A stretch of 64,000 bases of DNA from Patescibacteria group bacterium. GTDB lineage: Bacteria > Patescibacteriota > Patescibacteriia > PEXW01. A program made the position numbers and the translations under genes. Of this stretch, positions 56,201 through 64,000 are shown piece after piece. The notes beneath the pieces were generated by a model. That model had not been told where the DNA came from. It saw only the letters and a program-made list of their open reading frames with translations, and did no database searches. Position 1 is the stretch's first letter, and the number at the start of each line of letters is the position of its first letter. Location: contig JBBTRK010000006.1 in NCBI GenBank assembly GCA_038065235.1, positions 3,255 through 67,254 on the forward strand, in the 5' to 3' direction.

Positions 56201-56299
56201 CCGGGCGGGCTGGATGACGCCGGGAAAAGACAAAAGCATGGCAGCAACCATGAGACTGGCTGTACCACGGAGAGATCGTCGGAGCGTGCGGGTACGCAT
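53201..56299 (-). CDS. Giant (1032 aa) secreted/surface protein built of tandem CarboxypepD_reg-like (transthyretin/Cna-B-type) beta-sandwich repeats; putative adhesin
   Basis: Signal peptide MRTRTLRRSLRGTASLMVAAMLLSFPGVIQPARA; repeated motif (I/V)TG(T/N/A)V.....G.......V.L.; Thr/Asn/Gly/Val-rich. Confidence 0.7.
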   Translation of the reverse strand: MRTRTLRRSLRGTASLMVAAMLLSFPGVIQPARAVVNVVTGTVSTTTGTPMASVTIELHTPDGIFSVNTTTAANGTYAFNNDLTNGTPYVVEARTPTGYNRSGNGSYNFTYSGTSQTAVNFTFTQTSKTITGTVTDTTGKIITDADINIDPYNITGASRLSNVRTNASGVYSGTMVGGTWFVQPVVNLSEYTPTWISEVAPTRVDFAADSTTETQTLNFVVTPATGKVTVRLLNSDGSNLTTSSFVADVDIRRADGVGTVRKVRQADSVVSVYLTPGIYSLSAFHTDLQGKSFDPAATTFVMTEGGNVDLGTVTASVNSAHLKGKVTSTSGAALSNVSLLAVREGGSERVNVNTDPTGAFDITVGAGTWSIGLNAPTGKTQYAQVAPATATVINGQTVSDLNIKMKTIDRGITGNVLNSAGTKVTDFVGSAYVRTINNKVRVSAPVVDGTFSLDFASTEVTGSKVIVGVQAAPGANYAGGSEKQVTMAGSTATQDLTLRAYDATLTGALKLQDGTMVTSPGSDIQILALDADGNFTSTTVAADGTYSLPLAAGTWLYDYDIENPELTAALLNKPAGQNSVTVTAGQSVARNLTVFKGNNTVTGAVTDTSGAVVKRALVTLDNRTALENNAATNPNDIVTVTVETNDSGVYTAKVPDGTYLVTVGETPAVAETQLPPDGKAVKVSGSSTTTANFKFEATNATLQGTVKFGTKAEKGGTVTAYSNDGSQVTGTVSATGTYSLNVTSGEKWNVVVTDISGTKLTTSEVSEVTPKVGANTVNLTLKDSGITIPGPITKSASADDGLAISLADGTTVSLPPFALGTSGTVSVTVTPTIDIDPTTSDRPASLAYEVKAIDSSGNEKKNLDKPATITLPYTDSAVVNSGLREKGLATKFWDPQTETWSTDGATGLVDTKDNTATLTTTHLTKFSVTGTAKKKPTVSGVKYKSKSGSSMVLEIVGTNFTSKVSAAVGTVKASKVQVKSAKSLLVTVPTSKLKNATYDMTFTNSDGRQTIKKITYSKGRVLGASVVRLIPR

Positions 56300-56371
56300 A
56301 CGCTTTGGGGTTAGTTTGAGAGGTCAATCGAGTATACCACCTGCACCCCTGCAGTGCGCTATACTGCACGC

Positions 56372-58549
56372 ATGCTTCGGAGGAAAGGCACGACACTCAT
56401 CGAGACGCTCATCGGCATTGCCATCCTGGCATTCGTCATGACCTTTGCGTTCGCGATGTTCTCTTTGAGCACCGAGAAGCTCGCCCGCTCGAAATTTCGT
56501 GTACTGGCAACAGCACTGGCCACCGAGCAGGTAGAAATTATTCGGAATGTGCCGTTCGATCAGGTGGGGACTCAAGCGCCGACGTGCGAAGTAACCGGGC
56601 CTTTTTTGCGTACCAGTACCGTCACCCGTTCAAACGTCAACTTTACGGTTGACACCTGCGTGAAGTGGGTCGATGACCCGTTCGACAAGCTGGTAAGTGA
56701 TACGCCCTGGGATACCGTACCGACTGACTACAAGCTTGTAGAAATTTCGGTGAGCTGGCCCGGCGGTGATTCCCCGGTTAAGTTCACCACGACGGTGACG
56801 CCGAAGGGTTTGGAAGCGCCGTCAAACACGGGGTCGTTCCTAATCACCGTGTACGATGCGTCGGTGTTGCCTGTTCCCGAGGCAGATGTTACGGTCACGA
56901 ATACAATATTGGTGCCAGCCGTGAACATCGTTTCGAAAACCGATTTGCAAGGAAAATTGCAGCTTTTGGGTTTGGCGCCGGATGCGGGCAGCAACTATCA
57001 TATCGTCGTAACTAAGTCTGGCTACACCACGGATCAGACCGAGGCAGCGACTGCCCAGATACCCAACCCAGTTCTACAGGATTTCTCGTTATCCGCCGGG
57101 GGCATTGTGGACGTGGCTTTTAAAATTGACCGCGTGAGTAGTCTTGCTTTCACCACGGTCGGCGAAACATGTACGGCCATTCCGAGTGTTAATTTCAACC
57201 TCAAGGGGCAGAAATTAAAAGGGAACCCACCGCCAGACCCGGTGCTGAAGTACGATCAGAATTTTACGACCAGCAACCCCCTCGGCCAAGTAACCGCCAG
57301 TAACTTGGGGTGGGATCAGTACACATTGCTCTTGAGTGGCACGAGTAGGAACATCGCCGGCATTATTCCTCCAGCGAGCCTCAACGTGCTACCGAACACG
57401 AATCCACTTGTACAGCTGGTGCTGACGAGTAGCTACTCGGCTAACTCTCTTTTGGCGAGCGTGAAGGATACAAATACGAATCTGCCCGTGAGCGGTGCGA
57501 CGATTACTGTTACGGGTGTCGGCACCAAGGTCACTGGCCAAGGGGCTTGGTCGCAGACTGACTGGTCTGGCGGGATAGACCCAGCAGCGCTGTTCACCGA
57601 CGCGACGAAGACGAAGTTCGCTACCGAGGACGGGAACATCGATTGGCTTACCACACCGGGGCAAACAACGTTGCAGAAGGCCGCCTCAGCAGATACGGTA
57701 GTGGAGAGTTTTGACGCAACGACATATAAAGACCCCTCCATGACTGCGGTCTGGGATACTTCTGCCGGTGAAGTCCGCCTCCCGCAAACCAGCGGGCAGT
57801 ACGACGCGAGTGCAACCGGCCAGAGCCTGAAGCTACCTGTTGTTGCGGGGAAAATTGTTCGGGCTACGCTCACGGCAACGGATCAAACGAACGGCCAGAG
57901 TATCCAGTACTTCCTGGCCGCGGATGGCGTTACTTTCGAGGCGGTCACCCCCGGGGTCGCGTACGATTTCGTGGCAACCGGTGACGACCTACGGTTCAAA
58001 ATCCAGCTCGGGACGACTAATCCGGCCATGACGCCGACCGTTGCTAATATTTCTATAGCAGTAACCGTCGAAGCGTACGCCATTAGCGGTCATCTTACTT
58101 CCTCAACCTTCGATACGGGGACGGTTAGTAATTTTATTGATCTTACTTGGAATCCGCAGAGCCAGGGCGGGAATGTTGGGGCAGACCCCGTTCGTTTCCA
58201 GCTGGCGACGAATGATGACAACGCCACATGGAATTTTGTTGGATATGACGGCACTGCCGCTACGTACTTCACCACCAGCGGCACAACCGTGCCAGCCGCC
58301 CTCCAGGGCAAACGGTACGTGCGATACAAAATGTATTTACAAACGTCAGACCGAAAATTTACTCCAGGCGTCACGGATGTTAGTATCGGGTACACCACGG
58401 GCTGTACCCCGCCGGGACAAGCTTACTTCCCTGCCTTGAGTGTTCAGACGTACAGCGTCACCATTACGAAAGCAGGCTACATTGATTTGGTAGTTGACGT
58501 CGATGTCAACGGGAACCTGCAGAATACATTTAATCTCACGCCGAACTAA
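56372..58549 (+). CDS. Large (about 725 aa) pseudopilin-like protein with CarboxypepD_reg-like C-terminal domains
   Basis: N-terminus MLRRKG|TTLIETLIGIAILAFVMTFAFA (prepilin-like, Glu+5). Confidence 0.6.
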   Translation: MLRRKGTTLIETLIGIAILAFVMTFAFAMFSLSTEKLARSKFRVLATALATEQVEIIRNVPFDQVGTQAPTCEVTGPFLRTSTVTRSNVNFTVDTCVKWVDDPFDKLVSDTPWDTVPTDYKLVEISVSWPGGDSPVKFTTTVTPKGLEAPSNTGSFLITVYDASVLPVPEADVTVTNTILVPAVNIVSKTDLQGKLQLLGLAPDAGSNYHIVVTKSGYTTDQTEAATAQIPNPVLQDFSLSAGGIVDVAFKIDRVSSLAFTTVGETCTAIPSVNFNLKGQKLKGNPPPDPVLKYDQNFTTSNPLGQVTASNLGWDQYTLLLSGTSRNIAGIIPPASLNVLPNTNPLVQLVLTSSYSANSLLASVKDTNTNLPVSGATITVTGVGTKVTGQGAWSQTDWSGGIDPAALFTDATKTKFATEDGNIDWLTTPGQTTLQKAASADTVVESFDATTYKDPSMTAVWDTSAGEVRLPQTSGQYDASATGQSLKLPVVAGKIVRATLTATDQTNGQSIQYFLAADGVTFEAVTPGVAYDFVATGDDLRFKIQLGTTNPAMTPTVANISIAVTVEAYAISGHLTSSTFDTGTVSNFIDLTWNPQSQGGNVGADPVRFQLATNDDNATWNFVGYDGTAATYFTTSGTTVPAALQGKRYVRYKMYLQTSDRKFTPGVTDVSIGYTTGCTPPGQAYFPALSVQTYSVTITKAGYIDLVVDVDVNGNLQNTFNLTPN

Positions 58550-58579
58550 CGTATGCTAGGATCACGCCGAAAAAACATA

Positions 58580-59182
58580 ATGAAAAGTGCTGCGGGGTTC
58601 ACCCTCGTAGAATTACTTATAACCGCAAGCATCCTGGCCATAATTGGAACGTTGCTGGGCGTATTCGCTTCGGCGGGTATTCGCTCTTGGGGCCAGAATC
58701 GGGAGCAGGTAGAAGCGCAAGAGAGTGCTCGGGCAGCTTTGGCACGCATGACGAAAACAATCCGGAAAGCAGCCTCGGCGGATAATGGCGCGTATACCAT
58801 TTCGACCGCAGCAGCGCAGACATTGACCTTCTACGCCAACGTTGACAGCGATACGAACCGCGAGCAGGTGCGCTTCTTCCTGCAAGGGACAAATTTGAAG
58901 ATTGGTATCATCCAGCCTGTGGGTCAGCCTGCCACGTACCCCGCGGGGAATGAAGCCGTGAGTGTCCTGGCGGGCGGCATTCAGAATAGTGCGAACCCAA
59001 TTTTCCTCTACTACGATACCAATTACACTGGCACGCAAGCGGCACTCACCCAACCCGTGAACCTGCAGGATGTCCGTTTAGTACACATTACTTTGTCCAT
59101 TGATACTGACACTACGAAGCCCCCGACGGCAATCGATCTTCAGACCAGCACCTCATTCCGAAACTTGAAGAATAACCTGTAA
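58580..59182 (+). CDS. Prepilin-type pseudopilin
   Basis: MKSAAG|FTLVELLITASILAIIGTLLG. Confidence 0.7.
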   Translation: MKSAAGFTLVELLITASILAIIGTLLGVFASAGIRSWGQNREQVEAQESARAALARMTKTIRKAASADNGAYTISTAAAQTLTFYANVDSDTNREQVRFFLQGTNLKIGIIQPVGQPATYPAGNEAVSVLAGGIQNSANPIFLYYDTNYTGTQAALTQPVNLQDVRLVHITLSIDTDTTKPPTAIDLQTSTSFRNLKNNL

Positions 59183-59191
59183 GCTTTACGA

Positions 59192-60916
59192 ATGAGTATA
59201 CCAACCCGCCAACCCACAAACTCCCACCAACCAGTTCCCTATCCCAAAGGAACTATGCTTGTAAGTATTCTCGTCGTCACTGGCCTTTTTGTGACCCTAG
59301 GCATGCTCGCCCTACAGTTCGTCATCACGCAAAATGCCGCCAGCCGGTTCCGCGTGGATCGGGAGCGCGCCATCCAGATCGCCGAGGCCGGGGTGGACTA
59401 TTACCGTTGGCATTTGGCACATGTACCAGATGACTATCAGGATGGTACGGGTGCGGCGGGGCCGTATGTACACACTTATAAAGACGCGACCGGCAACACC
59501 CTGGGCACGTTCAGCCTGGAAATTACCCCGCCGCCTTCTGGTTCCACGGTGGTGACCATAAAATCCACCGGGCAAATCACTAATCGCCCAACGAGCAGTC
59601 GGACTGTTACGGTTCAACAAGGGATACCCTCATTCACCAAGTGGGCTGTAGTGGCGAATGCCGATATCCGCTTTGGCGTGGGCACCGAGGTGTTCGGGCC
59701 CATTCATTCTAACGGTGGTATTCGCTTCGACGGCCTGGCACACAACCTGGTCAGCTCGTACCGTTACAGCTACGACGACCCCGATCACACCGGCAGCAAT
59801 GAACTGGGCGTGCACACGCACGTTACACCCCTCGATGCCATTCCTCCGGTAACGCCACCCGCAACCATTGCGAGTCGGCCGGATGTTTTTGCGGTTGGGC
59901 GGCAGGTGCAGGCGAACTTCGTGGATTTCAATAGCATCAGCGTTGACATGCAGGCGATGAAAACAAAAGCCTCGGCCAACGGTATTTACGTTTTGCCCTC
60001 AGGCGGGCAGGGTTACCACATTACCTTCCGCCAGGATGGCAAGGTGGACATGCGCATCGTCAATACCCAGTTGCGTTGCCAGTACAGGTCTGGCGCACAA
60101 TGGCGTGACTATGGGTACTGCTCGAACAATTACAATTTGACCTGCACGCAGAACAGTAACTGCACCAGCGGCGCAACCTGCATCCAGTCCAGTCATTCCA
60201 TTGGCACCCGCGCGGCGGACCAGGCGGCCTTCACCTACCAGAGTGCCTCATCACTCGGCGTCCCAATCCCAGCGAATGGTCTCATATTCATTGAAGATGA
60301 CGCCTGGGTAGACGGCGTGGTGCCTAATGGTACGCGTCTTACCCTGGTGGCAGCCAAAGAACCGCTCGCGTCAGGTTTGGCGAATATTTACCTGGACAAA
60401 GATTTAACCTATGGCCGTTATTGTAACAATGCCACCCAGAATGCTTGTTCGCTCGATAGCGAATGTACCGGTGGGGCAACGTGCGTGGATGTATCAAATG
60501 GTACGTCAGCAGTGGGTCTTATAACCCAGCAAAACATCCTGGTTGGGTACTTCAGCGAGAATAACCTACGCCTAGATGCCGCACTCATCGCGCAGAACGG
60601 TCGGGTGGGTCGGCCTAATTTTGGTGCCAGCGGTTCCAGCTATCAACTCTACCCTACGGGTAGTCCGTTGCCGAACGGTGGAGGCGGCGAGAATAGTTGT
60701 GATGACTTTAGATCGCGAAGTCTTATTACCACTTTTGGCGCAATTGCCACCAATCAGCGCTACGGTTTTGCCTGGACTGGCGGCAGTTTTTGCAATAGCT
60801 CCAGTTCTGGCTACTGTGACCGCACCCTAAACTTTGATGCGAATCTCACGTACGCCCCGCCACCAGATTTTCCCACCACTGGGCAGTACGAAGCCTTGAG
60901 TTGGGAGGAGCAGTAG
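59192..60916 (+). CDS. Large pilus-associated protein (PilX/PilY-like candidate; N-terminal hydrophobic helix without Glu+5), Cys-rich C-terminal region
   Basis: KGTMLVSILVVTGLFVTLGMLALQFVITQ; multiple CxxxC-like motifs (CTQNSNCTSGATC, CSLDSECTGGATC). Confidence 0.5.
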   Translation: MSIPTRQPTNSHQPVPYPKGTMLVSILVVTGLFVTLGMLALQFVITQNAASRFRVDRERAIQIAEAGVDYYRWHLAHVPDDYQDGTGAAGPYVHTYKDATGNTLGTFSLEITPPPSGSTVVTIKSTGQITNRPTSSRTVTVQQGIPSFTKWAVVANADIRFGVGTEVFGPIHSNGGIRFDGLAHNLVSSYRYSYDDPDHTGSNELGVHTHVTPLDAIPPVTPPATIASRPDVFAVGRQVQANFVDFNSISVDMQAMKTKASANGIYVLPSGGQGYHITFRQDGKVDMRIVNTQLRCQYRSGAQWRDYGYCSNNYNLTCTQNSNCTSGATCIQSSHSIGTRAADQAAFTYQSASSLGVPIPANGLIFIEDDAWVDGVVPNGTRLTLVAAKEPLASGLANIYLDKDLTYGRYCNNATQNACSLDSECTGGATCVDVSNGTSAVGLITQQNILVGYFSENNLRLDAALIAQNGRVGRPNFGASGSSYQLYPTGSPLPNGGGGENSCDDFRSRSLITTFGAIATNQRYGFAWTGGSFCNSSSSGYCDRTLNFDANLTYAPPPDFPTTGQYEALSWEEQ

Positions 60917-60932
60917 GGGGTTCCACTTGATT

Positions 60933-61045
60933 GTCATTGCGAGCCCGAGCCCTGCGAGGGTGCGGCAATCCCGTTTGGACAAAGCGCAGTTCCATTTAAA
61001 CGAGATTGCTTCGTCGTCCGCACCAGTGGGACGTGGCATTGACAG
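60933..61045. repeat. Structured palindromic intergenic repeat, subfamily 2 copy H
   Basis: GTCATTGCGAGCCCGAGCCCTGCGAGGGTGCGGCAATCCCG...CGAGATTGCTTCGTCGTCCGCACCAGTGGGACGTGGCATTGACAG. Confidence 0.7.
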
Positions 61046-61210
61046 CTGTTACAGCCTGTTATAGGCTATGAATGTTAAGTCTCCTACGCCTGTCCCCTCT
61101 GGGGACAGTGTGTAGGATTTCTGTTAGAATGCGATTATGCAACGTGTACAGGTTTAACTTAGAGATATATACGTCAGTTATTTGCATCAACCTATGATAA
61201 AACTTCTGGA

Positions 61211-61627
61211 ATGAACGAGGAGCTCGAAAGACAAATACGATTAGAGCAAACAAGAGCGCATTTGGATACTTTTCGACAGCTTGTGGGCATGCGTTCTTCG
61301 TTGGTAGCGGTTGTTGCAACTTTGGCAGCGGGCTTACTCGTAGTAGCGACTTTCAATGACCGATTGATTCCTCTAACTGAACTCGTTAGAGTTTCACTCA
61401 TCATTCTGCTTGCACTTATCGTCGTTGCACTGTGGGATGTACTTTTAGAAATTCATCGAGGGACAAATAAAGTTATAGCAAAACTAGGCGTGCAAGAAAA
61501 AGCGAAAAGACTTTTTGCAGAAGGTGACTTCCTTCAGAAGTTTCAGAATATATCGATTTACATTTACATTCCACTAATGACTATAGTGATAATCTTCCTG
61601 ATATTTTCAATCATTAGGAACTGGTAG
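61211..61627 (+). CDS. Hypothetical membrane protein (AT-rich gene)
   Basis: 138-aa ORF with 3 TM segments. Confidence 0.35.
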   Translation: MNEELERQIRLEQTRAHLDTFRQLVGMRSSLVAVVATLAAGLLVVATFNDRLIPLTELVRVSLIILLALIVVALWDVLLEIHRGTNKVIAKLGVQEKAKRLFAEGDFLQKFQNISIYIYIPLMTIVIIFLIFSIIRNW

Positions 61628-61659
61628 TACTGTATTTTCATTCGCTAATCCCCGTAAGA

Positions 61660-62577
61660 ATGCCCCACAAACTCATTATCATCGGTTCCGGCCCAGCAGG
61701 CTTATCTGCCGCGCTTTACGCCAGTCGCGCCGAAATGCAACCACTCGTCATTGCCGGTAGCAAGCCTGGTGGACAGTTGATGGACACCACCGAGATTGAG
61801 AATTTTCCCGGCGTGCCATCTATGCAAGGGCCAGAGCTCATGCAGGTCATGCGCGGCCAGGCCGAGAAGTTCGGGACGAAGTTCATCGATGGCGACGCAA
61901 CGAAGGTTGACTTCAGCAGCCGGCCGTTCACCGTGTGGGTTGGCGATCGGCAAGAGCAAGCACAGACCGTCATCATCGCCACCGGTGCCACAGCCCGTTG
62001 GCTCAACATTCCCAGCGAGCAGAAGCTGCGCGGCCATGGCGTATCGGCCTGCGCCACGTGCGACGGATTCTTCTTCAAAGGCAAGGACGTTGCCGTCATT
62101 GGTGGAGGCGACTCGGCAATGGAAGAAGCAACATTCCTGACGAAGTTCGCCAACCACGTCACCATCCTGCACCGCAAAGATACGTTCAGCGCGAGCAAGA
62201 TCATGCAGAAGCGCGCTTTCGATAATCCAAAGATTTCCGTCGTCTGGAACACGACAGTTGTAGAAGTATTGGGCGAGGATAAAGTAACCGGTCTTCGTTT
62301 GCAGAACGTTCAAACGAACGCGACGGAAGATATGCCGATGGACGGGCTCTTCCTCGCGATTGGCCACATGCCCGCGACAAATATTTTTTCAGGCCAGGTT
62401 GAAACCGGTAAAGGCGGCTACATTGTCGTTACCGATTACACCCACACATCTGTGCCGGGCGTGTTTGCAGCGGGTGACGTGCAAGACCCGCGCTACCGCC
62501 AAGCGTCCGTGGCTGCCGGCTGGGGTGTCATGGCCATGTTGGATGCGGAGAAGTTCTTGGCTGCCTCGGAGGACTAA
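61660..62577 (+). CDS. trxB: Thioredoxin reductase
   Basis: FAD motif IIGSGPAGLSAALYA, redox CATC (ACATCDG), NADPH motif VAVIGGGDSAMEEA, C-terminal FAAGDVQD. Confidence 0.9.
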   Translation: MPHKLIIIGSGPAGLSAALYASRAEMQPLVIAGSKPGGQLMDTTEIENFPGVPSMQGPELMQVMRGQAEKFGTKFIDGDATKVDFSSRPFTVWVGDRQEQAQTVIIATGATARWLNIPSEQKLRGHGVSACATCDGFFFKGKDVAVIGGGDSAMEEATFLTKFANHVTILHRKDTFSASKIMQKRAFDNPKISVVWNTTVVEVLGEDKVTGLRLQNVQTNATEDMPMDGLFLAIGHMPATNIFSGQVETGKGGYIVVTDYTHTSVPGVFAAGDVQDPRYRQASVAAGWGVMAMLDAEKFLAASED

Positions 62578-62593
62578 GACAACTGAACAAAAA

Positions 62594-62626
62594 GAAAACG
62601 CACCGGTTGGAATACGGTGCGTTTTT
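62594..62626. terminator. Bidirectional rho-independent terminator (ACGCACCG-9 nt-CGGTGCGT + T5) between trxB and the convergent KAS III-like gene
   Basis: Seen directly. Confidence 0.6.
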
Positions 62627-62644
62627 GATGAGCGATGTTGGTGT

Positions 62645-63859
62645 CTACCTCCACGTAAAGTACGTACTGCCCCAGCTGTACCCACCGCCGAAGGCAATTT
62701 GCATGATGCGCGTGCCAGGCTTGATGAGCTCGAGCTCCCGTGCCTCGTAGGTGCAAAGGGCTGTGGCTGGGGACGTGGTATTGCCGAAGTGGTCAATGTT
62801 GTCGTACCAGATGATCGTGTGGGTTTTCTGTACTGTGCTCTTTCCAAAGGGAATTCCTTCAGGACAGTCCCGTGTCGCCATGCGGAACTCCACGTGCGGG
62901 TACTGTTTGGCGAGCCGCTTCACGACCGCCTCGCTCATCCTTTTGTTCGCCTGGTGCGGCGTAATGACATCGACGTCTTCGATGGTGAGGCCGAAGAACT
63001 CGAGCGCATCGGGAACGAGTCGGTCATTCACATGCGGGACAATGTCCTCAAATACTGTTCTGCCATCCATGAACATGAGGTGGTCGTCACGTCGCGGATC
63101 CAAGTGCTCTGCCAGGAGTGGCACGGCCGATCCGCCCGCGAGCGTCTTAATGCGGTTTTCGTTCACACCATCGATGCCGCCATCACCACCCATGAATACC
63201 GGCGGGTTTTTGAACCACGAGTGTTCGGGTGCACACGCTTCGAGCGCGTACGCTGCGCCTGCGTCGCCGAGAATAGCGAATGGTGAACGTGCACGGTGGT
63301 GACGACCCGTTGTGCTGCTCATGATGTCTGCCAACGCCACGATGCCACGCTTGCACGTACCGCTCTGGATGAGCGCGCAGCCGACGCTGAGGGCGGCCAT
63401 CGGGGTGGTGCAGGCGTACGAGACGTCCATGGTTATGCAATTTCGTAACCGCTTGCCGGCAAGACCATTTCGGTACGGCGGGAAGTGCATCTTCCGCAAC
63501 GCTACAGCCGACGTCGGCGGGGTCTGCGGGTGGTCCGGTGACACGGTACCCAGGATGAAGAATTCCGGCAGCTCCAGACCATCACCGTACGCATCGGTCC
63601 ATGCTTCGTGCGCAGCGCGCATGGCGTAGTCGCTCGTCGTCTCGCCTGGTTCGGCGAACCGACGTTCCTTAATACCAGTGCGGGAGAGGATCCACTCATC
63701 GCTCGTTTCGTACACTTCGCGTTCAGCATCCGTGAGCATAATGCCACTGGCGAGAACACACTCGCGTTCTTCCAGGTACATCCTGGCAATGTCGTCGTTC
63801 GTGACGATACGCTTGGGGAGGGCAATGCCCAAACCCGCAATGCGAACTCCTTGCATGTG
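62645..63859 (-). CDS. 3-oxoacyl-ACP synthase III-like (FabH/chalcone-synthase-like thiolase fold) with long insertions
   Basis: Active-site Cys region (DVSYACTTPMAALSVGCALIQSG), His/Asn region (HQANKRM, ...GNTTSPATALC); about 405 aa from MQGVRIAG. Confidence 0.7.
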   Translation of the reverse strand, partial: HMQGVRIAGLGIALPKRIVTNDDIARMYLEERECVLASGIMLTDAEREVYETSDEWILSRTGIKERRFAEPGETTSDYAMRAAHEAWTDAYGDGLELPEFFILGTVSPDHPQTPPTSAVALRKMHFPPYRNGLAGKRLRNCITMDVSYACTTPMAALSVGCALIQSGTCKRGIVALADIMSSTTGRHHRARSPFAILGDAGAAYALEACAPEHSWFKNPPVFMGGDGGIDGVNENRIKTLAGGSAVPLLAEHLDPRRDDHLMFMDGRTVFEDIVPHVNDRLVPDALEFFGLTIEDVDVITPHQANKRMSEAVVKRLAKQYPHVEFRMATRDCPEGIPFGKSTVQKTHTIIWYDNIDHFGNTTSPATALCTYEARELELIKPGTRIMQIAFGGGYSWGSTYFTWR

Positions 63860-63946
63860 CTTTCTCCTTTTCAAAGAGGTTTGTGTTTTCTTGTGCCCCC
63901 ACCCTACCGCCTCGACCTTCGGGCGTCAACTTGCTAGGCTACGACC

Positions 63947-64000
63947 ATGCGGAAGAAACTCATCGCTACTTTCATCCTTTCGCTCGCTGGTATTGCTCTT
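63947..64000 (+). CDS. 5' end of a gene encoding a signal-peptide protein (truncated by window)
   Basis: ATG then RKKLIATFILSLAGIAL hydrophobic leader. Confidence 0.25.
   Translation, partial: MRKKLIATFILSLAGIAL

Noticed and set aside
6802-61045. The dispersed repeats as a CRISPR array
   Set aside because: The copies are palindromic multi-hairpin units of 90-135 bp scattered across 54 kb, not short direct repeats at regular 30-40-bp spacing, and no cas genes are present.

Overview
This 64-kb window looks like the chromosome of a small-genome, probably uncultivated bacterium. It has high GC with a few AT-rich islands, many 1-4 nt gene overlaps, leaderless-looking genes with -10 boxes abutting start codons, and CCA-encoding tRNAs. 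A Patescibacteria/CPR-like origin is inference only.

Housekeeping genes are interleaved with surface-structure genes:
- Core functions: transketolase, RdgB, trigger factor, endonuclease IV, H+-pyrophosphatase, NusA, RNase HII, the S15-NYN-PNPase operon, sigma-70 and TrxB.
- A type IV pilus locus: PilB ATPase, PilC platform and five pilin-like genes, one of them about 580 aa.
- A second pseudopilin cluster with no ATPase, divergent from a 1032-aa adhesin built of CarboxypepD_reg-like repeats.
- A lipid-salvage gene set: PaaK-like adenylating enzyme, two PlsC, CDP-alcohol phosphatidyltransferase, GDPD and PAP2.
- Six tRNAs (Gly, Arg, Ala, Val, His and a disrupted Val-like copy).

The most unusual non-coding and accessory content is:
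1. A family of at least eight palindromic, structured intergenic repeats of about 90-135 bp with TGTCATT...AATGACA termini, in two subfamilies, whose variation is compatible with G-U wobble pairing.
2. A recurring GTCCCGC-loop-GCGGGAC hairpin module that also sits inside a broken tandem tRNA-Val copy.
3. A promoter- and terminator-bounded orphan ncRNA candidate of about 420 nt between cmk and rnhB.
4. A LAGLIDADG-like HTH protein gene with a consensus leaderless promoter whose stop overlaps tRNA-Gly.
5. A low-GC accessory block downstream of a Xer-like recombinase/tRNA cluster.
6. Several small lesions: a frameshifted ABC exporter, an in-frame TAA in a NUDIX gene, and an ECF-sigma remnant.

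Small-motif coordinates are approximate (+/- 2 nt).
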